From IMG/VR virus record IMGVR_UViG_3300046010_003086, positions 1 through 38,876 of that record: 38,876 bases of DNA. One strand, written 5' to 3'. Below, piece by piece: positions 9,418 through 19,559 of the stretch (position 1 is the first letter of the stretch; every line of letters starts with the position of its first letter). Below the pieces are notes generated by a model that was given only the letters and a program-made list of their open reading frames with translations, did no database searches and had not been told where the DNA came from. The DNA is from a virus. Lineage: Duplodnaviria > Caudoviricetes. Both the position numbers and the translations under genes were made by a program.

Positions 9418-10304
9418 TACCTGATCCTGCGGTACTTGTTCACCATGTCAAGGGCTAGAGCTATCTCACCTGAGTATCGAGCGTTGTTCCCGATATTGAC
9501 CGTAGGCTGAGTAGTCAGATTCATCGTCATGCTGTTGTCACCGCGCACTTTCAGGAAGGCTGTGGTGATGAGGATGCAAGCCTCCTTGATGGCGTTCGGC
9601 ATATTTCCGATAGCGACCCCTGCTGCATGGCTGTAGGCGAGCGCGCTTGTCAGAGGCACAGTCGTAGAGCCATTGGTATATGTACTAGCGACTGTGATGC
9701 GCTCGCTTTTCGATCCATCGTAGATGCGGTATGGCTGACCGGCGATGATGCCTGTGCCATCGGCGACTGTCAGAGAGGTAGCCCCTGCGGTAGCCGTAGC
9801 GATGGTGGTGTTCACGAAGCCTGAGACATAGGTGTACTCGGTGAAGAGCTGTTGGCGTGGGCTATAGCCAAAGCCGAAGCCCAACGGCCCCTGCGAGCTG
9901 TAGTTCAGGCCGAGATTTGAGAGAGGAATGATGAGCTGTTGAGCCTCGAACCACGCTGTAGAGCAGTCGGGTAGGGCTACTAGGTTGTTTGGGTCTGTAC
10001 CATACTGAAAACTAGAGAGCGAGATGATAGGTGAGTTGTTGGGATGTAGAGCTACGAAGCCCTGCCCATTGACCCTGACTCGCTGTGTTTCTGTGTACTG
10101 ATCTGCCACGAGAGACTGATTTAGGTACTCGTTCATATATGAGGATGCTCGTAGGATCACATTTGCGAGCTCGGCATCCTGCGCCGCCTGATTGCCTCCG
10201 ACTACGAGGTTGTTGTAGTCAATAGAGGTAGGGGCATCTTTGTACTCCTGGACTGTGAGGTAGGGATACTCTTGAATCGTATCGGGCGTGATACCTACTG
10301 CCAT
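9417..10304 (-). CDS. Head-tail adaptor with inserted beta domain
   Basis: YLTVQEYK, ILRASSYMNEYL, MPNAIKEAC, LDMVNKYRR adaptor pattern, interrupted by an AGATSLTVADGTG...SHAAG insertion. Confidence 0.7.
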   Translation of the reverse strand: MAVGITPDTIQEYPYLTVQEYKDAPTSIDYNNLVVGGNQAAQDAELANVILRASSYMNEYLNQSLVADQYTETQRVRVNGQGFVALHPNNSPIISLSSFQYGTDPNNLVALPDCSTAWFEAQQLIIPLSNLGLNYSSQGPLGFGFGYSPRQQLFTEYTYVSGFVNTTIATATAGATSLTVADGTGIIAGQPYRIYDGSKSERITVASTYTNGSTTVPLTSALAYSHAAGVAIGNMPNAIKEACILITTAFLKVRGDNSMTMNLTTQPTVNIGNNARYSGEIALALDMVNKYRRIR

Positions 10305-10306
10305 GA

Positions 10307-10582
10307 CTACTCCCCATCTCTAGCTATATCTGTCGCCTCATGTCCACAGCGACCACACTTGCGAAACCACCCATCAAAGCCACAGGCTGTACAGGTGAAG
10401 CCTCGCTGCATATCGCCCTGCGAGATTGGATTGAGAGATGCCTCGAAGAAGCCCTCTCGCTTCATCGCCTCGCCATGTGCTCGACTTTCTACATTGTAAA
10501 TACCCCCACGATCTGGGTTGTATTTCACTCCGCCAATGACTGTCTCTTTCACGCCTTTATCTGGAGCTACATATCTTGGCAT
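10307..10582 (-). CDS. Small zinc-finger protein
   Basis: CTACG..CGRCG; SD GGAGG. Confidence 0.7.
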   Translation of the reverse strand: MPRYVAPDKGVKETVIGGVKYNPDRGGIYNVESRAHGEAMKREGFFEASLNPISQGDMQRGFTCTACGFDGWFRKCGRCGHEATDIARDGE

Positions 10583-10591
10583 TTTGCCTCC

Positions 10592-10649
10592 TATAACTGA
10601 TGGAGAGTGCGGCTATTACACCGCACCCTCCTCGCCTTATTCAGTTGTA
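10592..10649 (-). promoter_or_regulatory. Long stem-loop directly after capsid stop codon
   Basis: Outer aactga/tcagtt and inner ggagagtgcgg/ccgcaccctcc arms; no U-tract. Confidence 0.55.
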
Positions 10650-12314
10650 CTACGCGGAGATGATTCCTGATACTGCGCCGTTCCATGCTGGAGCTGTGCA
10701 GAAGAAAGTACCTCGGAAGTAGGTTGAGAAGTCATAGCTGAACTGAGTCACAGGCCATTGGATGCCCATGTAGTCCTGAACCATGAAGTTTGCCCATACA
10801 TCGCTCACTTCGGTATCTGGGATAGGAAGTGTGAAGGATAGGACAGGAGCAACGCCCTGATTTAGCCACGGATGAACCATGAGATCGACAGCCTTACCAG
10901 TGACTTCGTTCTGGATACCAGTCACGATAGAACCATAGGTGATTCCATCCTTACCTGGCTCTTGAATAGTCAAGCGGTAGTTAGCTGTAGAGCCACTCTT
11001 GATTGCATCTGAGAGTTGCTTACGGTCATTGCCGTTGAGTAGCACCATGTCAGGATCAGCCTTGACATTCTGGTATAGCTGTGCGAACACAGTCTGGAAC
11101 TCTGCACCTGGATTAGAGGTGGAGAAGGTGCTGTTGATGGCGTTGTTGAAGCCTGAGTTAGCTCCGAGAACAGTTGGGAGGATGCCGTCATATCCTGTTG
11201 CATATGCAGAAGTATCTGCAGATGCGCGAGATGCTGCTGCACCTGTTGTGGTGAACGCAGCGTTGTTGCCGGTCAGACCTGCTGCACCTGCACCTTGGAT
11301 GGTGAATGTGCCTGTTCCGCGAAGTGTTCCCTGATACTTGAGGTTCGCTGCGCCTGTGGCTGTACCAACATAGATGTTGTAGCCAAGAGCACCTGCGACT
11401 GCGGTGCTAACTGTGACAGTTAGTACATCGCCTGATGCTACTGCGGTGCTTGCCTCTGTACCGAGGATGGACTCGCCAAAGCCGTTGCCTGAAACACCAG
11501 CATCTGCGGTGACATTTACATAGTAAGTGGCAGCAGCGAGAGCTGTTTGTGATCCTGATGCAACAGGTGATGCGAGTGTGAAGGTAGGTGCTGATAGTGC
11601 GCCTGAGTAGCCTGATGCAGTACCACGAGCCATGAGCATCATGCGTTCTTCCATCAACATCGTTGCATATAGCGTGGATGTAGATGAGAGCTGACGAAGG
11701 TCTTGGTATCCCAAGCCTGAGAAGTTAGCATCGAACGAAACGCTGTCGGATAGTGAGTAGCTGTTGTATGGCAACACTAGGTCGTCAGCAGCATATGAGA
11801 TAACTGGGCCGCGCTCGTAGTTGATAGAACCAAAAGTAGCGGTTGAAGTTTCTGTGATACCAGGCCATAGGTTTCCGACTCCGCCTGTACCTGTACCTGT
11901 GTATCCGAGGATTCTCTTGACACGGTGAGATGTACCGACACCCTTCTTACGAGGGATGCGGTTGCGAAGTGGGGTTGGGCGTGGTGTGAGCAGTTTTGCA
12001 GGTGCTTCTAGATCGAAGGCTGCGAAAGATGTGCTCAATGGAGATGTAAGGGTGATGTCCTTCTGGATATCCTGCATCGCCATGCGTTGTGCTGCGAGTG
12101 CATTTTGAAGTCCAGCTACTGCATCAGGAGCGAGGCTCTTGTTTGCAACAAGCGATTCCATCGCTGATGTTGCATCTACAGGTGCTTGTCCTGGTACAGA
12201 TGAGGCATTACCCAATGACTTGTTGAGAGCACCGAGGTACTCATCGTGGCGTTGCGCTGCCTCTACCGGTGATACATCACCGAAGAGATCAGTTGCGCGA
12301 GGCATTTCAGCCAT
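10650..12314 (-). CDS. Major capsid protein with internal beta-rich insertion
   Basis: 554 aa directly after protease/scaffold; DLEAPAKLLTPRPTPLRNRIPR; VHPWL; insertion with TYYVNVTA...GYNIYVGT. Confidence 0.85.
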   Translation of the reverse strand: MAEMPRATDLFGDVSPVEAAQRHDEYLGALNKSLGNASSVPGQAPVDATSAMESLVANKSLAPDAVAGLQNALAAQRMAMQDIQKDITLTSPLSTSFAAFDLEAPAKLLTPRPTPLRNRIPRKKGVGTSHRVKRILGYTGTGTGGVGNLWPGITETSTATFGSINYERGPVISYAADDLVLPYNSYSLSDSVSFDANFSGLGYQDLRQLSSTSTLYATMLMEERMMLMARGTASGYSGALSAPTFTLASPVASGSQTALAAATYYVNVTADAGVSGNGFGESILGTEASTAVASGDVLTVTVSTAVAGALGYNIYVGTATGAANLKYQGTLRGTGTFTIQGAGAAGLTGNNAAFTTTGAAASRASADTSAYATGYDGILPTVLGANSGFNNAINSTFSTSNPGAEFQTVFAQLYQNVKADPDMVLLNGNDRKQLSDAIKSGSTANYRLTIQEPGKDGITYGSIVTGIQNEVTGKAVDLMVHPWLNQGVAPVLSFTLPIPDTEVSDVWANFMVQDYMGIQWPVTQFSYDFSTYFRGTFFCTAPAWNGAVSGIISA

Positions 12315-12340
12315 TGCGTGTTCCTTTCGTTGTTTGGGTT

Positions 12341-14410
12341 TTACTTGTTGAGGGTGTCATGCTCTGCTGCATATTTCTCAGCTAGAACGCGATATCCCTT
12401 TGCAAGTGTTGGGTCAGTTGTTGCCTTTGCTTTCGCGTTATACATAGCAGCCTTCACTAGAAGGTCACTAGAGGTTTCAGCCACAGGTTTCGCTGTGCGC
12501 TTTGGGCCTCCTGCTGCCGCGAGAGATTTAGCCGTAGCTAACTCAGTTTCCAAACTCATCGCACGACTCTCCGCTGCCTCTTTTGCAGACATGAGTGCCT
12601 CGATCTCCGTTCTGATGGACTGTGTTGCGCTCTTTATCGCTTCTTCAACGATGGCTTCTACATCTGCAGATTTAGGCTCATCTGCAGAAACTTCATCTTC
12701 TACCTTTTCTTCATCATCAGGCTCAGCACTCTTAGGTGTCTGGTCTGGTGAGTACATCTCTGCGGTAGTCACATGAGATGGCTTTGCGACATTTGCGAAG
12801 TCGTTGGTCTGGGTGAGTCCATGATCTGTACCTGGCTGATTGCATCCGCACTCTAGGCACTTAGATACATCTGCAGACTTCTCTGCTTCTTCTTCCTCAT
12901 CCTCATCGATTTCAATCTCTACGCTCTTGAGGTATTTATCCCAACACTTCTTGGCGAATGCATCAGACTTACCTGCCTCTTTGCATCGCTTCATGAATGA
13001 CTCTTTTGTCTCATCCTTCTTAGGGGTGAACTTGTCCATGTCATCATCTTCGTGTTGCGCTTTTGTCTCCTCAGCATCATCTTTCTTCGCTGCGAGCTCA
13101 ATGTCCTCGGTTAGTTCCACTTCTCCCTCTGCTTTCTCCCCTTCGTACCATGCAAAGAGGTGGTGTACTGCCTGTAGTAGATGAGCGATGGACATCTGTT
13201 CATCATGTCCCTCGCCGAGTTCCTCTGCCTCGATAGCGATGAGCTGTGCTAACGCCTGTCGAGCAGAGTCGTATGTTTTCTGGTCAAACTTGAGGAGGTC
13301 AGTACCTCGATACGCTTTGGATAGCTCAACGATTTCGTTAGCTAGTGCTGTCATGGCATCCTCCTCAGAGATGTGCGATAAGTCTAAAGTATTCGCGGTC
13401 TTTTTCGTTTTGCGTTTGTACTTGCCCCCACGCTTCTTGTACTCGCGCACCACCCAGGCATTTGCTACAGCCGATGGATATACATCGAACTTCTCTTTTG
13501 CCTCACGCTTGACTCGGTTATAGAGCTCCATATCTGCAGGTTCTGATCCCTCGCCACCCTCGTTGATGCTCTCATAGTCAGGCTTCTCATCAGCCTTCTC
13601 TATGAGCTCCTCGACCTGGATTACAGAGTCCTCTCCTGCCGCAGACTTGGCTAGGACTAGCTGACAGTTCGGATTGGCAGGTCTATCCACTAGGGATACC
13701 TCGACAATCTGACCATCTACGATGCGCCCATTAGCAGCCACTTTGTCTCGTGTCACGCGTGGATTTTTGATACCGATAGAGAAACCTTTGAGTACGCCTG
13801 TCTCGACCTTTTTGACTGATACAGGATCAACGACTAGGGCTGTGATGTAGTGACCATCGCGCTTGAGTTCATACTCTTTGGCTACACCTGCAGCGATATT
13901 GCTGTGCTGCTCGCGGATGTTGCCACCGGACTTGAACCATGCTGGCATGGCTCGATCCAGCCATTCGCCATCGCATATCTGTTGGTCTATATCTACTGAG
14001 TCATCTGTTGCCTTGCCATAGACAGTCAGAGTGCCGTCAGAGTTTCTATCCGCCTTCTCGATACCGAAGTACGAGGTAGTCAGATTGCTCATAGTGGACT
14101 TCTCCTTGCTTTCTTGTGATCTGATGATGCCTCTAGCCCATGACCATCCTGCATCGCCACCCCATAGTAGCCATGCGATGTATCCTGCCGAGTCTTTTCC
14201 CCAACCCTCGCCCTTCTTATCTACCTCATGACGAGCGAAGTAGCTGTTCATCCGCTTGATGGTGTCATAGCTGATAGATGCGCCGTTGGATAAATCTCTA
14301 GCCCTCGCGACCCCTACAGCCGTACCTCCGCGCCCATGTTTTTCTCTGAGCTCTAGACCACGCTTCGCATTACTGCGTACCGCCTGTGGAGGAACGAAAC
14401 CATCAGCCAT
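12341..14410 (-). CDS. Multidomain prohead protease/scaffold
   Basis: HK97-type protease motifs NIREQH, LKGFSIG and EVSLVDRPANP; acidic coiled C-terminus; extra N-terminal and internal domains. Confidence 0.85.
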   Translation of the reverse strand: MADGFVPPQAVRSNAKRGLELREKHGRGGTAVGVARARDLSNGASISYDTIKRMNSYFARHEVDKKGEGWGKDSAGYIAWLLWGGDAGWSWARGIIRSQESKEKSTMSNLTTSYFGIEKADRNSDGTLTVYGKATDDSVDIDQQICDGEWLDRAMPAWFKSGGNIREQHSNIAAGVAKEYELKRDGHYITALVVDPVSVKKVETGVLKGFSIGIKNPRVTRDKVAANGRIVDGQIVEVSLVDRPANPNCQLVLAKSAAGEDSVIQVEELIEKADEKPDYESINEGGEGSEPADMELYNRVKREAKEKFDVYPSAVANAWVVREYKKRGGKYKRKTKKTANTLDLSHISEEDAMTALANEIVELSKAYRGTDLLKFDQKTYDSARQALAQLIAIEAEELGEGHDEQMSIAHLLQAVHHLFAWYEGEKAEGEVELTEDIELAAKKDDAEETKAQHEDDDMDKFTPKKDETKESFMKRCKEAGKSDAFAKKCWDKYLKSVEIEIDEDEEEEAEKSADVSKCLECGCNQPGTDHGLTQTNDFANVAKPSHVTTAEMYSPDQTPKSAEPDDEEKVEDEVSADEPKSADVEAIVEEAIKSATQSIRTEIEALMSAKEAAESRAMSLETELATAKSLAAAGGPKRTAKPVAETSSDLLVKAAMYNAKAKATTDPTLAKGYRVLAEKYAAEHDTLNK

Positions 14411-15336
14411 TAGTCCACCCGTTCGATCTGTACTGCATAGGGATTGATATGTCTAACTCTAACAGGTTCGTGATTTTGTGATGGCATAGATGACATCTGT
14501 ATGACCTGACCACCGGTGTAGTTCGGTGCATCAAAGTCAGGGATGACAGGTAGTAGTGCGCATCTGCAGTTCGGATGTGCCGGTGGCTGTGTATGACCGG
14601 ATGGGAAAGGTGCGCCGATACCTACAGTCTGTCCATCATTCTGTGCGCAGATAGGACATGGATCAAAAGTAGTCCACTCCATCTCAGCTAGACCTGCCTC
14701 GCTATATCGAGCGACTGTCGCTGCCGATACTGCTCTGTTTGACTCGGTGATAGCAATCATGAGGGCTCGCATAGGACTCGCTATGGTCTGCGAGATGAGT
14801 TTGGCTGCCTGTTTAGGTGATAGACCGAGCTCGATAGCCTCGCCGATAGCGTTGCCGATATCTCGTAGCTCTGTGTTTGTCAGCTCCTTGAGTGTGATGC
14901 CCTGTGCCTCTAGGAGTCTGCGGAATGCTCGTGTGGGCTTGAGTATGAGTGCCGATATCTGATCTCCTGGCTGCCATGATGCCCAGTCAATCGCTACTTC
15001 TATATCCGCCTTGACGATATCTGCGCTCTTTGACTCTCTACGCTCTGCATCTCTAATGAGCTCCTGAGCAGCGAGATCACCTAGTAGGTATCCAGTAGCC
15101 CAGACTCTGAGCAGCACCATCTTGAGTGCCTCTAGATTTACTCTGACATTTATGATTGCCCATGCGCGAGCGCGAGCGCGACTCTGTGCGAGATTACCTG
15201 TACGAGGTGGCTGTGTAGCTAGGTATGCCTCATAGATGGTCGTACTACTGATGCTCTGCCTGAGAGCAGCGCGTATCTTGACCGCATTTCTAGCTGATAT
15301 CCGAGCCTCAGCCTCCATAGCTCGCGCCCAGGTCAT
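14410..15336 (-). CDS. MuF / SPP1 gp7-like minor head protein
   Basis: IAITESNRA, W...PCPIC..NDG and PPAHPNCRC motifs; follows portal. Confidence 0.9.
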   Translation of the reverse strand: MTWARAMEAEARISARNAVKIRAALRQSISSTTIYEAYLATQPPRTGNLAQSRARARAWAIINVRVNLEALKMVLLRVWATGYLLGDLAAQELIRDAERRESKSADIVKADIEVAIDWASWQPGDQISALILKPTRAFRRLLEAQGITLKELTNTELRDIGNAIGEAIELGLSPKQAAKLISQTIASPMRALMIAITESNRAVSAATVARYSEAGLAEMEWTTFDPCPICAQNDGQTVGIGAPFPSGHTQPPAHPNCRCALLPVIPDFDAPNYTGGQVIQMSSMPSQNHEPVRVRHINPYAVQIERVD

Positions 15337-17192
15337 GCTAGATACGCTTTGGCTAGGGCTCTAGCCGTATCGAAGTCTCCTTCTACTGCGCACTTGTTGA
15401 GAGCATCAGCCACGATAGGGTCTAGGGCTTTGAACTCGAATAGTCGGGCTCTTCTGCCCTTTGATGCCCACTTCATGAACGCTTTGACCTCAGTACGAGT
15501 CTCCTCGCCAATCTCATCATCGTCAGTCGGGACTGCCTCTCGCTCAGGTGTCTCATCGGCTGTATCAGGAGTAGTGGGTGTGGTCGGTGTGGCATCTGTA
15601 CCTTCTAGTGTCGGAGCTGAAACGACCTCTTTGGCGTTGATGATGCCATCTGGAGAGAACAGGAAGATGTCTGCGCCGGTCACGAGCATAGGCATATCGG
15701 CCTGTGGAGTATCCAGGAGTGGAAGTCCTAGCTCTGATCTGCGCTCGTTGATGGTCTTACCTGCAGATGTGACCTCTATCTGAGCCTTGCGAGCACTTGA
15801 CTCGTTATCCATGCGCTTCGAGGTCATCAGTTTGAACTCTAGTTCGCGTGGCATACCGAGGTATGTGTAGCTGAGGTTAGTGACCATCTTGCTGATCCAG
15901 TTAGCGAGAGGCTGGATACCGAGAGCCTCGGCTGTTTCAGCTCTGCCCTCCTCGAATCCTGCTCCGCCTAGACCGCCTTTAGGGGCGAAGCCAATCTCGG
16001 CTGGCTGGACACCGAAGTGACCGCAGATCGAGGTGATGAGGTAGTCATCTAGTGTGTCTTTGAACTTCTCGCCATAGCCTTCATTGACTACAGGAGCTAG
16101 ACCTTTGGGTAGTAGGCGAGCGCGCTTGCGCTGCTCTGTCTGACCGGCTAGATCGTCATTGAGGATGTTCTCGTAGGCGCGTAGGAGATCAGGATTGTTG
16201 CCCCAGTCCTCGTCTGTAGTGAACATGAGCTCAGGGAGGACACCATCGGTGTACTCAGCTCGTAGCCATTGCTGTCTGCGTAGGTAGATATCAGCTAGAG
16301 GTAGGGCTCGTTCTACAGGAGAGAAGCCATAGACAGAGATAGACCGGCGATTGCGCACCATATATGCGAGATCGTCTGCGGTGAACTCGCCGTCTGCCTT
16401 TGGGTCATCATCGTTAGCTGAAAACTCTGAGCGTGGGAAGCCATAAAGTATCTGTTGATATGCCGCGTTAGGTGGCAGAGGTCGCATACCTCGGTCATCT
16501 ATGAGTGGCTTGATAGTCGAGCCGTCTAGTATCTGGAAGCCGTAGAGGTCGCCACCGACTGATGGCTGTGGATAGACAGCCCATGCATCTATGACTAGGA
16601 CTTCCTCGGCTGCAATCATGAGCCAGTCTGTCCAGGTCAGTCCATTAGCTCGATCTGGGTTCTCCCAGAAGGATCGGACTCTGTTGATTTCCTCGGTAAA
16701 CTTGTCACGCGCCTGAGCCATAGCTCGCACATGGTCGCCACCGATTTCTGCCACGATTTTCTCGGATGCATCCTGACCGAGCACGATGTCCCACTCAAGT
16801 CCGGTCAGTTTGGACTTAGTGACCTCGATGCATCGGCGGAGGATATCTATCTGATCTGCAGCAGCGCGTAGAGTCTTGAAAGGTACAAGGCGTGTTTCCG
16901 TGATGTTGATGTTCTGCGCTACTTGGTACTCGTAGCGGCGTGGCATAGGTCTGCCAGTTTCAGGGTCTATCGGGTTGATAGCTCCTGGGATGATAGGCAG
17001 ACCAGGGCCGAAGGGGACATTAGCTGAAAACGGAGCGCGTGGCAGAGCCACACTATTGCCATATGTCTGTTGCATGGCAAGTCCACCTTGTCTCATCTCC
17101 TGCTCAGTCATAGTGACTGATCCTGCAGGAAGGCGAGGTGCTTTCTCTATATCACCTACGAGTGCTCTGGCGATACGGTCACGCAGACCCAT
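15333..17192 (-). CDS. Portal protein
   Basis: YGFSPVE, ICGHFGVQPAEIG and TINERRSELGLP motifs. Confidence 0.92.
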   Translation of the reverse strand: MGLRDRIARALVGDIEKAPRLPAGSVTMTEQEMRQGGLAMQQTYGNSVALPRAPFSANVPFGPGLPIIPGAINPIDPETGRPMPRRYEYQVAQNINITETRLVPFKTLRAAADQIDILRRCIEVTKSKLTGLEWDIVLGQDASEKIVAEIGGDHVRAMAQARDKFTEEINRVRSFWENPDRANGLTWTDWLMIAAEEVLVIDAWAVYPQPSVGGDLYGFQILDGSTIKPLIDDRGMRPLPPNAAYQQILYGFPRSEFSANDDDPKADGEFTADDLAYMVRNRRSISVYGFSPVERALPLADIYLRRQQWLRAEYTDGVLPELMFTTDEDWGNNPDLLRAYENILNDDLAGQTEQRKRARLLPKGLAPVVNEGYGEKFKDTLDDYLITSICGHFGVQPAEIGFAPKGGLGGAGFEEGRAETAEALGIQPLANWISKMVTNLSYTYLGMPRELEFKLMTSKRMDNESSARKAQIEVTSAGKTINERRSELGLPLLDTPQADMPMLVTGADIFLFSPDGIINAKEVVSAPTLEGTDATPTTPTTPDTADETPEREAVPTDDDEIGEETRTEVKAFMKWASKGRRARLFEFKALDPIVADALNKCAVEGDFDTARALAKAYLA

Positions 17193-17213
17193 GTGTATCT
17201 CCTTCTCTTGCTA

Positions 17214-18710
17214 CTACGCGTGGACTACTACTCGATATTGATTTGATGTAGGAGCTACAGAGAACAACAGCGTGATAGCCGTTGTGGATGTGTGCTGTAC
17301 ATCGCAGATGACCTCGGCATATGGGCTGCTGTTGTCATACACGCTGACTATAACATCCTTCGTGTTGAGATTATGGCTGATGGTGTAGGAGGTATTCGTG
17401 CCATCTCCGACATTTGCTGCGTACTTGCGTACTGCGATAGTGGTATCTAGCTCGAAGCCTGATGCGCCTACTGATAGACCACCTGATGCTACGACTACGC
17501 CTGTGAAGTTTGTGCCTGTGAGCAGTACACCATCAGATGCTGTGTATGTACCTGCACCTGAGAACTGTTGGAATACGACAGGATCAGTACCGACTGTATT
17601 GACCTCATCTACGCTGACCCATCCTGTGTTAGCGAGTGTCGATCCTGCATCTACGAAGGTGAAATCACCACCGGACATTTCTGCAGCAGTATCAAAGTCT
17701 GTAGCACGAGTCAGTACCCAGGGGGTAGAGCCATCTCCTACTGTGGTCAGTACATAGATACCATTCTGCGCCTGTGAGGTCTGTAGTCTGACCAAAATAC
17801 GAGCGTTGAGTGCAGGTGATACGCCATCTGTAGTGAAGGCAGCGTTCGCTCCTGCATTTGTCAGAGTAGCTCCGACACCTGATGTGCCATTGCTGTATGT
17901 CGCGTTGAGGTTCGCAGTAGTAGCCGCATATGAGGCAGCGTGGATGTGCAGACCCTCAGCTACGCCATCTACATAGCCCTTTGTGGCTGCATCAGTAGAT
18001 GCTGTAGGTGTCGCGAGGTTGGTGATTTTGTAGTTGTTGAGATTGAGATCGGCAGTAGGTGTAGCGAGCGCATTGAGGTTGATAGCGGAGTGCGCTGTGT
18101 TGTCATGTACCGGTGTGCCGTGTGTGTGGTCATTGCGAGCGACAGATGTACCTGTGCCGTTTGCAGATGAGCCGCCGAATGTTGTTTCTGCGGTGACATT
18201 GCCGAAGGATGGCATCGCGTGAGCGTGGTCATCACGAGCAGGAGCTGTGCCTGTACCTACTGCACCTGCACCACCGATAGCGAGTGCTGTTGGTGTGGTG
18301 TTGGTCAGAGATGGTGTGCCGTGAGTGTGGTCAGATCGAGAGTATGTCGTAGCAGAGCCACTACCGCTAGTAGCACCATAGGTGGTCTGAGCTGTGACTG
18401 AGCCAAAGTTGGAAACCTGTAGCCATGCTGATCCTGTGTCAAAGTACATGATCTGTTGGTCGGTAGCGAAGAACAAACGACCTGCTGTTCCTGCTGCAGG
18501 GATGTTTGCATATAGACCTGAGATGACCTCAGACTCATTGAGTACAGATACCCATGCTGTGCCATCGTAGTAGTAAATCTCTCCATCGCCTGTGTTGAAA
18601 TAAATCTGACCGGCGACAGGGCTACTAGGTGCGGATGCGAGATTCTGAATCACCGCATTGGATAGCTCGTTCTTGTTTAGGTCGATTCCGACTAGAAACT
18701 TGCGTGACAT
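17214..18710 (-). CDS. Fibre-like virion protein
   Basis: GQIYFNT..YYDGTAW; three RxDHxH repeats; KITNLATPT..DAATKGYVD; QNGIYV..WVLTRATD; C-terminal ISHNLNTKDV domain. Confidence 0.75.
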   Translation of the reverse strand: MSRKFLVGIDLNKNELSNAVIQNLASAPSSPVAGQIYFNTGDGEIYYYDGTAWVSVLNESEVISGLYANIPAAGTAGRLFFATDQQIMYFDTGSAWLQVSNFGSVTAQTTYGATSGSGSATTYSRSDHTHGTPSLTNTTPTALAIGGAGAVGTGTAPARDDHAHAMPSFGNVTAETTFGGSSANGTGTSVARNDHTHGTPVHDNTAHSAINLNALATPTADLNLNNYKITNLATPTASTDAATKGYVDGVAEGLHIHAASYAATTANLNATYSNGTSGVGATLTNAGANAAFTTDGVSPALNARILVRLQTSQAQNGIYVLTTVGDGSTPWVLTRATDFDTAAEMSGGDFTFVDAGSTLANTGWVSVDEVNTVGTDPVVFQQFSGAGTYTASDGVLLTGTNFTGVVVASGGLSVGASGFELDTTIAVRKYAANVGDGTNTSYTISHNLNTKDVIVSVYDNSSPYAEVICDVQHTSTTAITLLFSVAPTSNQYRVVVHA

Positions 18711-18720
18711 ATTTTCTCCT

Positions 18721-19002
18721 CTAGATCACATATGCAACGCCGCTAAACGCTGCCGTGAAGGTAATCACCATCTGATTGACAGTAGGATAACTGAAAGTGC
18801 CTTCGCATTGTGTCCCTGCCGAGTCAAGTACGACTGCGGTGGGATTGCCTCCGAGGTTATGGTTGATAGTCCATACCGCCGAGGGTGTGTTCTGCGTGTG
18901 GGTGTAGAAAATCTGAGCAGATGCGGCTACTCCCTGTGGCCCAGGTGCTGTGATTTCTACGATTGCGTTCGTAGGTTTGATGATAACTACATCGTCAGCC
19001 AT
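18721..19002 (-). CDS. Small fibre-associated protein
   Basis: PGPQG then WTINHNLG motif, similar to the C-terminus of 17214..18710. Confidence 0.65.
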   Translation of the reverse strand: MADDVVIIKPTNAIVEITAPGPQGVAASAQIFYTHTQNTPSAVWTINHNLGGNPTAVVLDSAGTQCEGTFSYPTVNQMVITFTAAFSGVAYVI

Positions 19003-19559
19003 TACCGAGTCACCTCCGCAGATACTTCTGCCTGTCCCTGAGCTAGTCGGGTGACGATGCCACTCGATGTGATTTCGAGATCGTAGTAGTACATCCCTGG
19101 GTCTATTCCTCGTGTCTGTGTAGCTGTTGCGTGTGTGTCCACCTGACCTGCTGCGCCTGTGATGGTGATGCCGTTTCCGCCTGTGGCTAGAGAGAGCACC
19201 GCATCAGGAGATGATGGTAGAGAGCGTAGTTGAAGTGCAGCCGTAGCACCTGTCAGATTGACCGCCGATGTAGCGAGTCCTCCTGAGATGTATGTGCCTG
19301 TAGCTCCGTTTGTGATGGTGAAAGATGAGGCTGTTGCTGTAGCGATGGTGACATTTTGTAGGTTGTAGATAGGTGGGATGACTCCATCTATGGATACTGT
19401 CTGTCCAGGAGTGAAGCCGTTGTCTGCCGTGACAGTCACAGTAGTGCCATTACCTGAGATGTTTGTAATCTCGGCTGGCTGTTTGTAGATGAAGGTCGCG
19501 TACCAATCTGCACCCTGGTCTATCGCATACTCGCCGGTGAAGTTGAAACTGACAGCCAT
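19002..19559 (-). CDS. BppU-like structural protein with inserted beta domain
   Basis: IDQGADW..VNLTGATA..Q.R...YDLEI..VTRL..G..EVTR pattern. Confidence 0.6.
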   Translation of the reverse strand: MAVSFNFTGEYAIDQGADWYATFIYKQPAEITNISGNGTTVTVTADNGFTPGQTVSIDGVIPPIYNLQNVTIATATASSFTITNGATGTYISGGLATSAVNLTGATAALQLRSLPSSPDAVLSLATGGNGITITGAAGQVDTHATATQTRGIDPGMYYYDLEITSSGIVTRLAQGQAEVSAEVTR

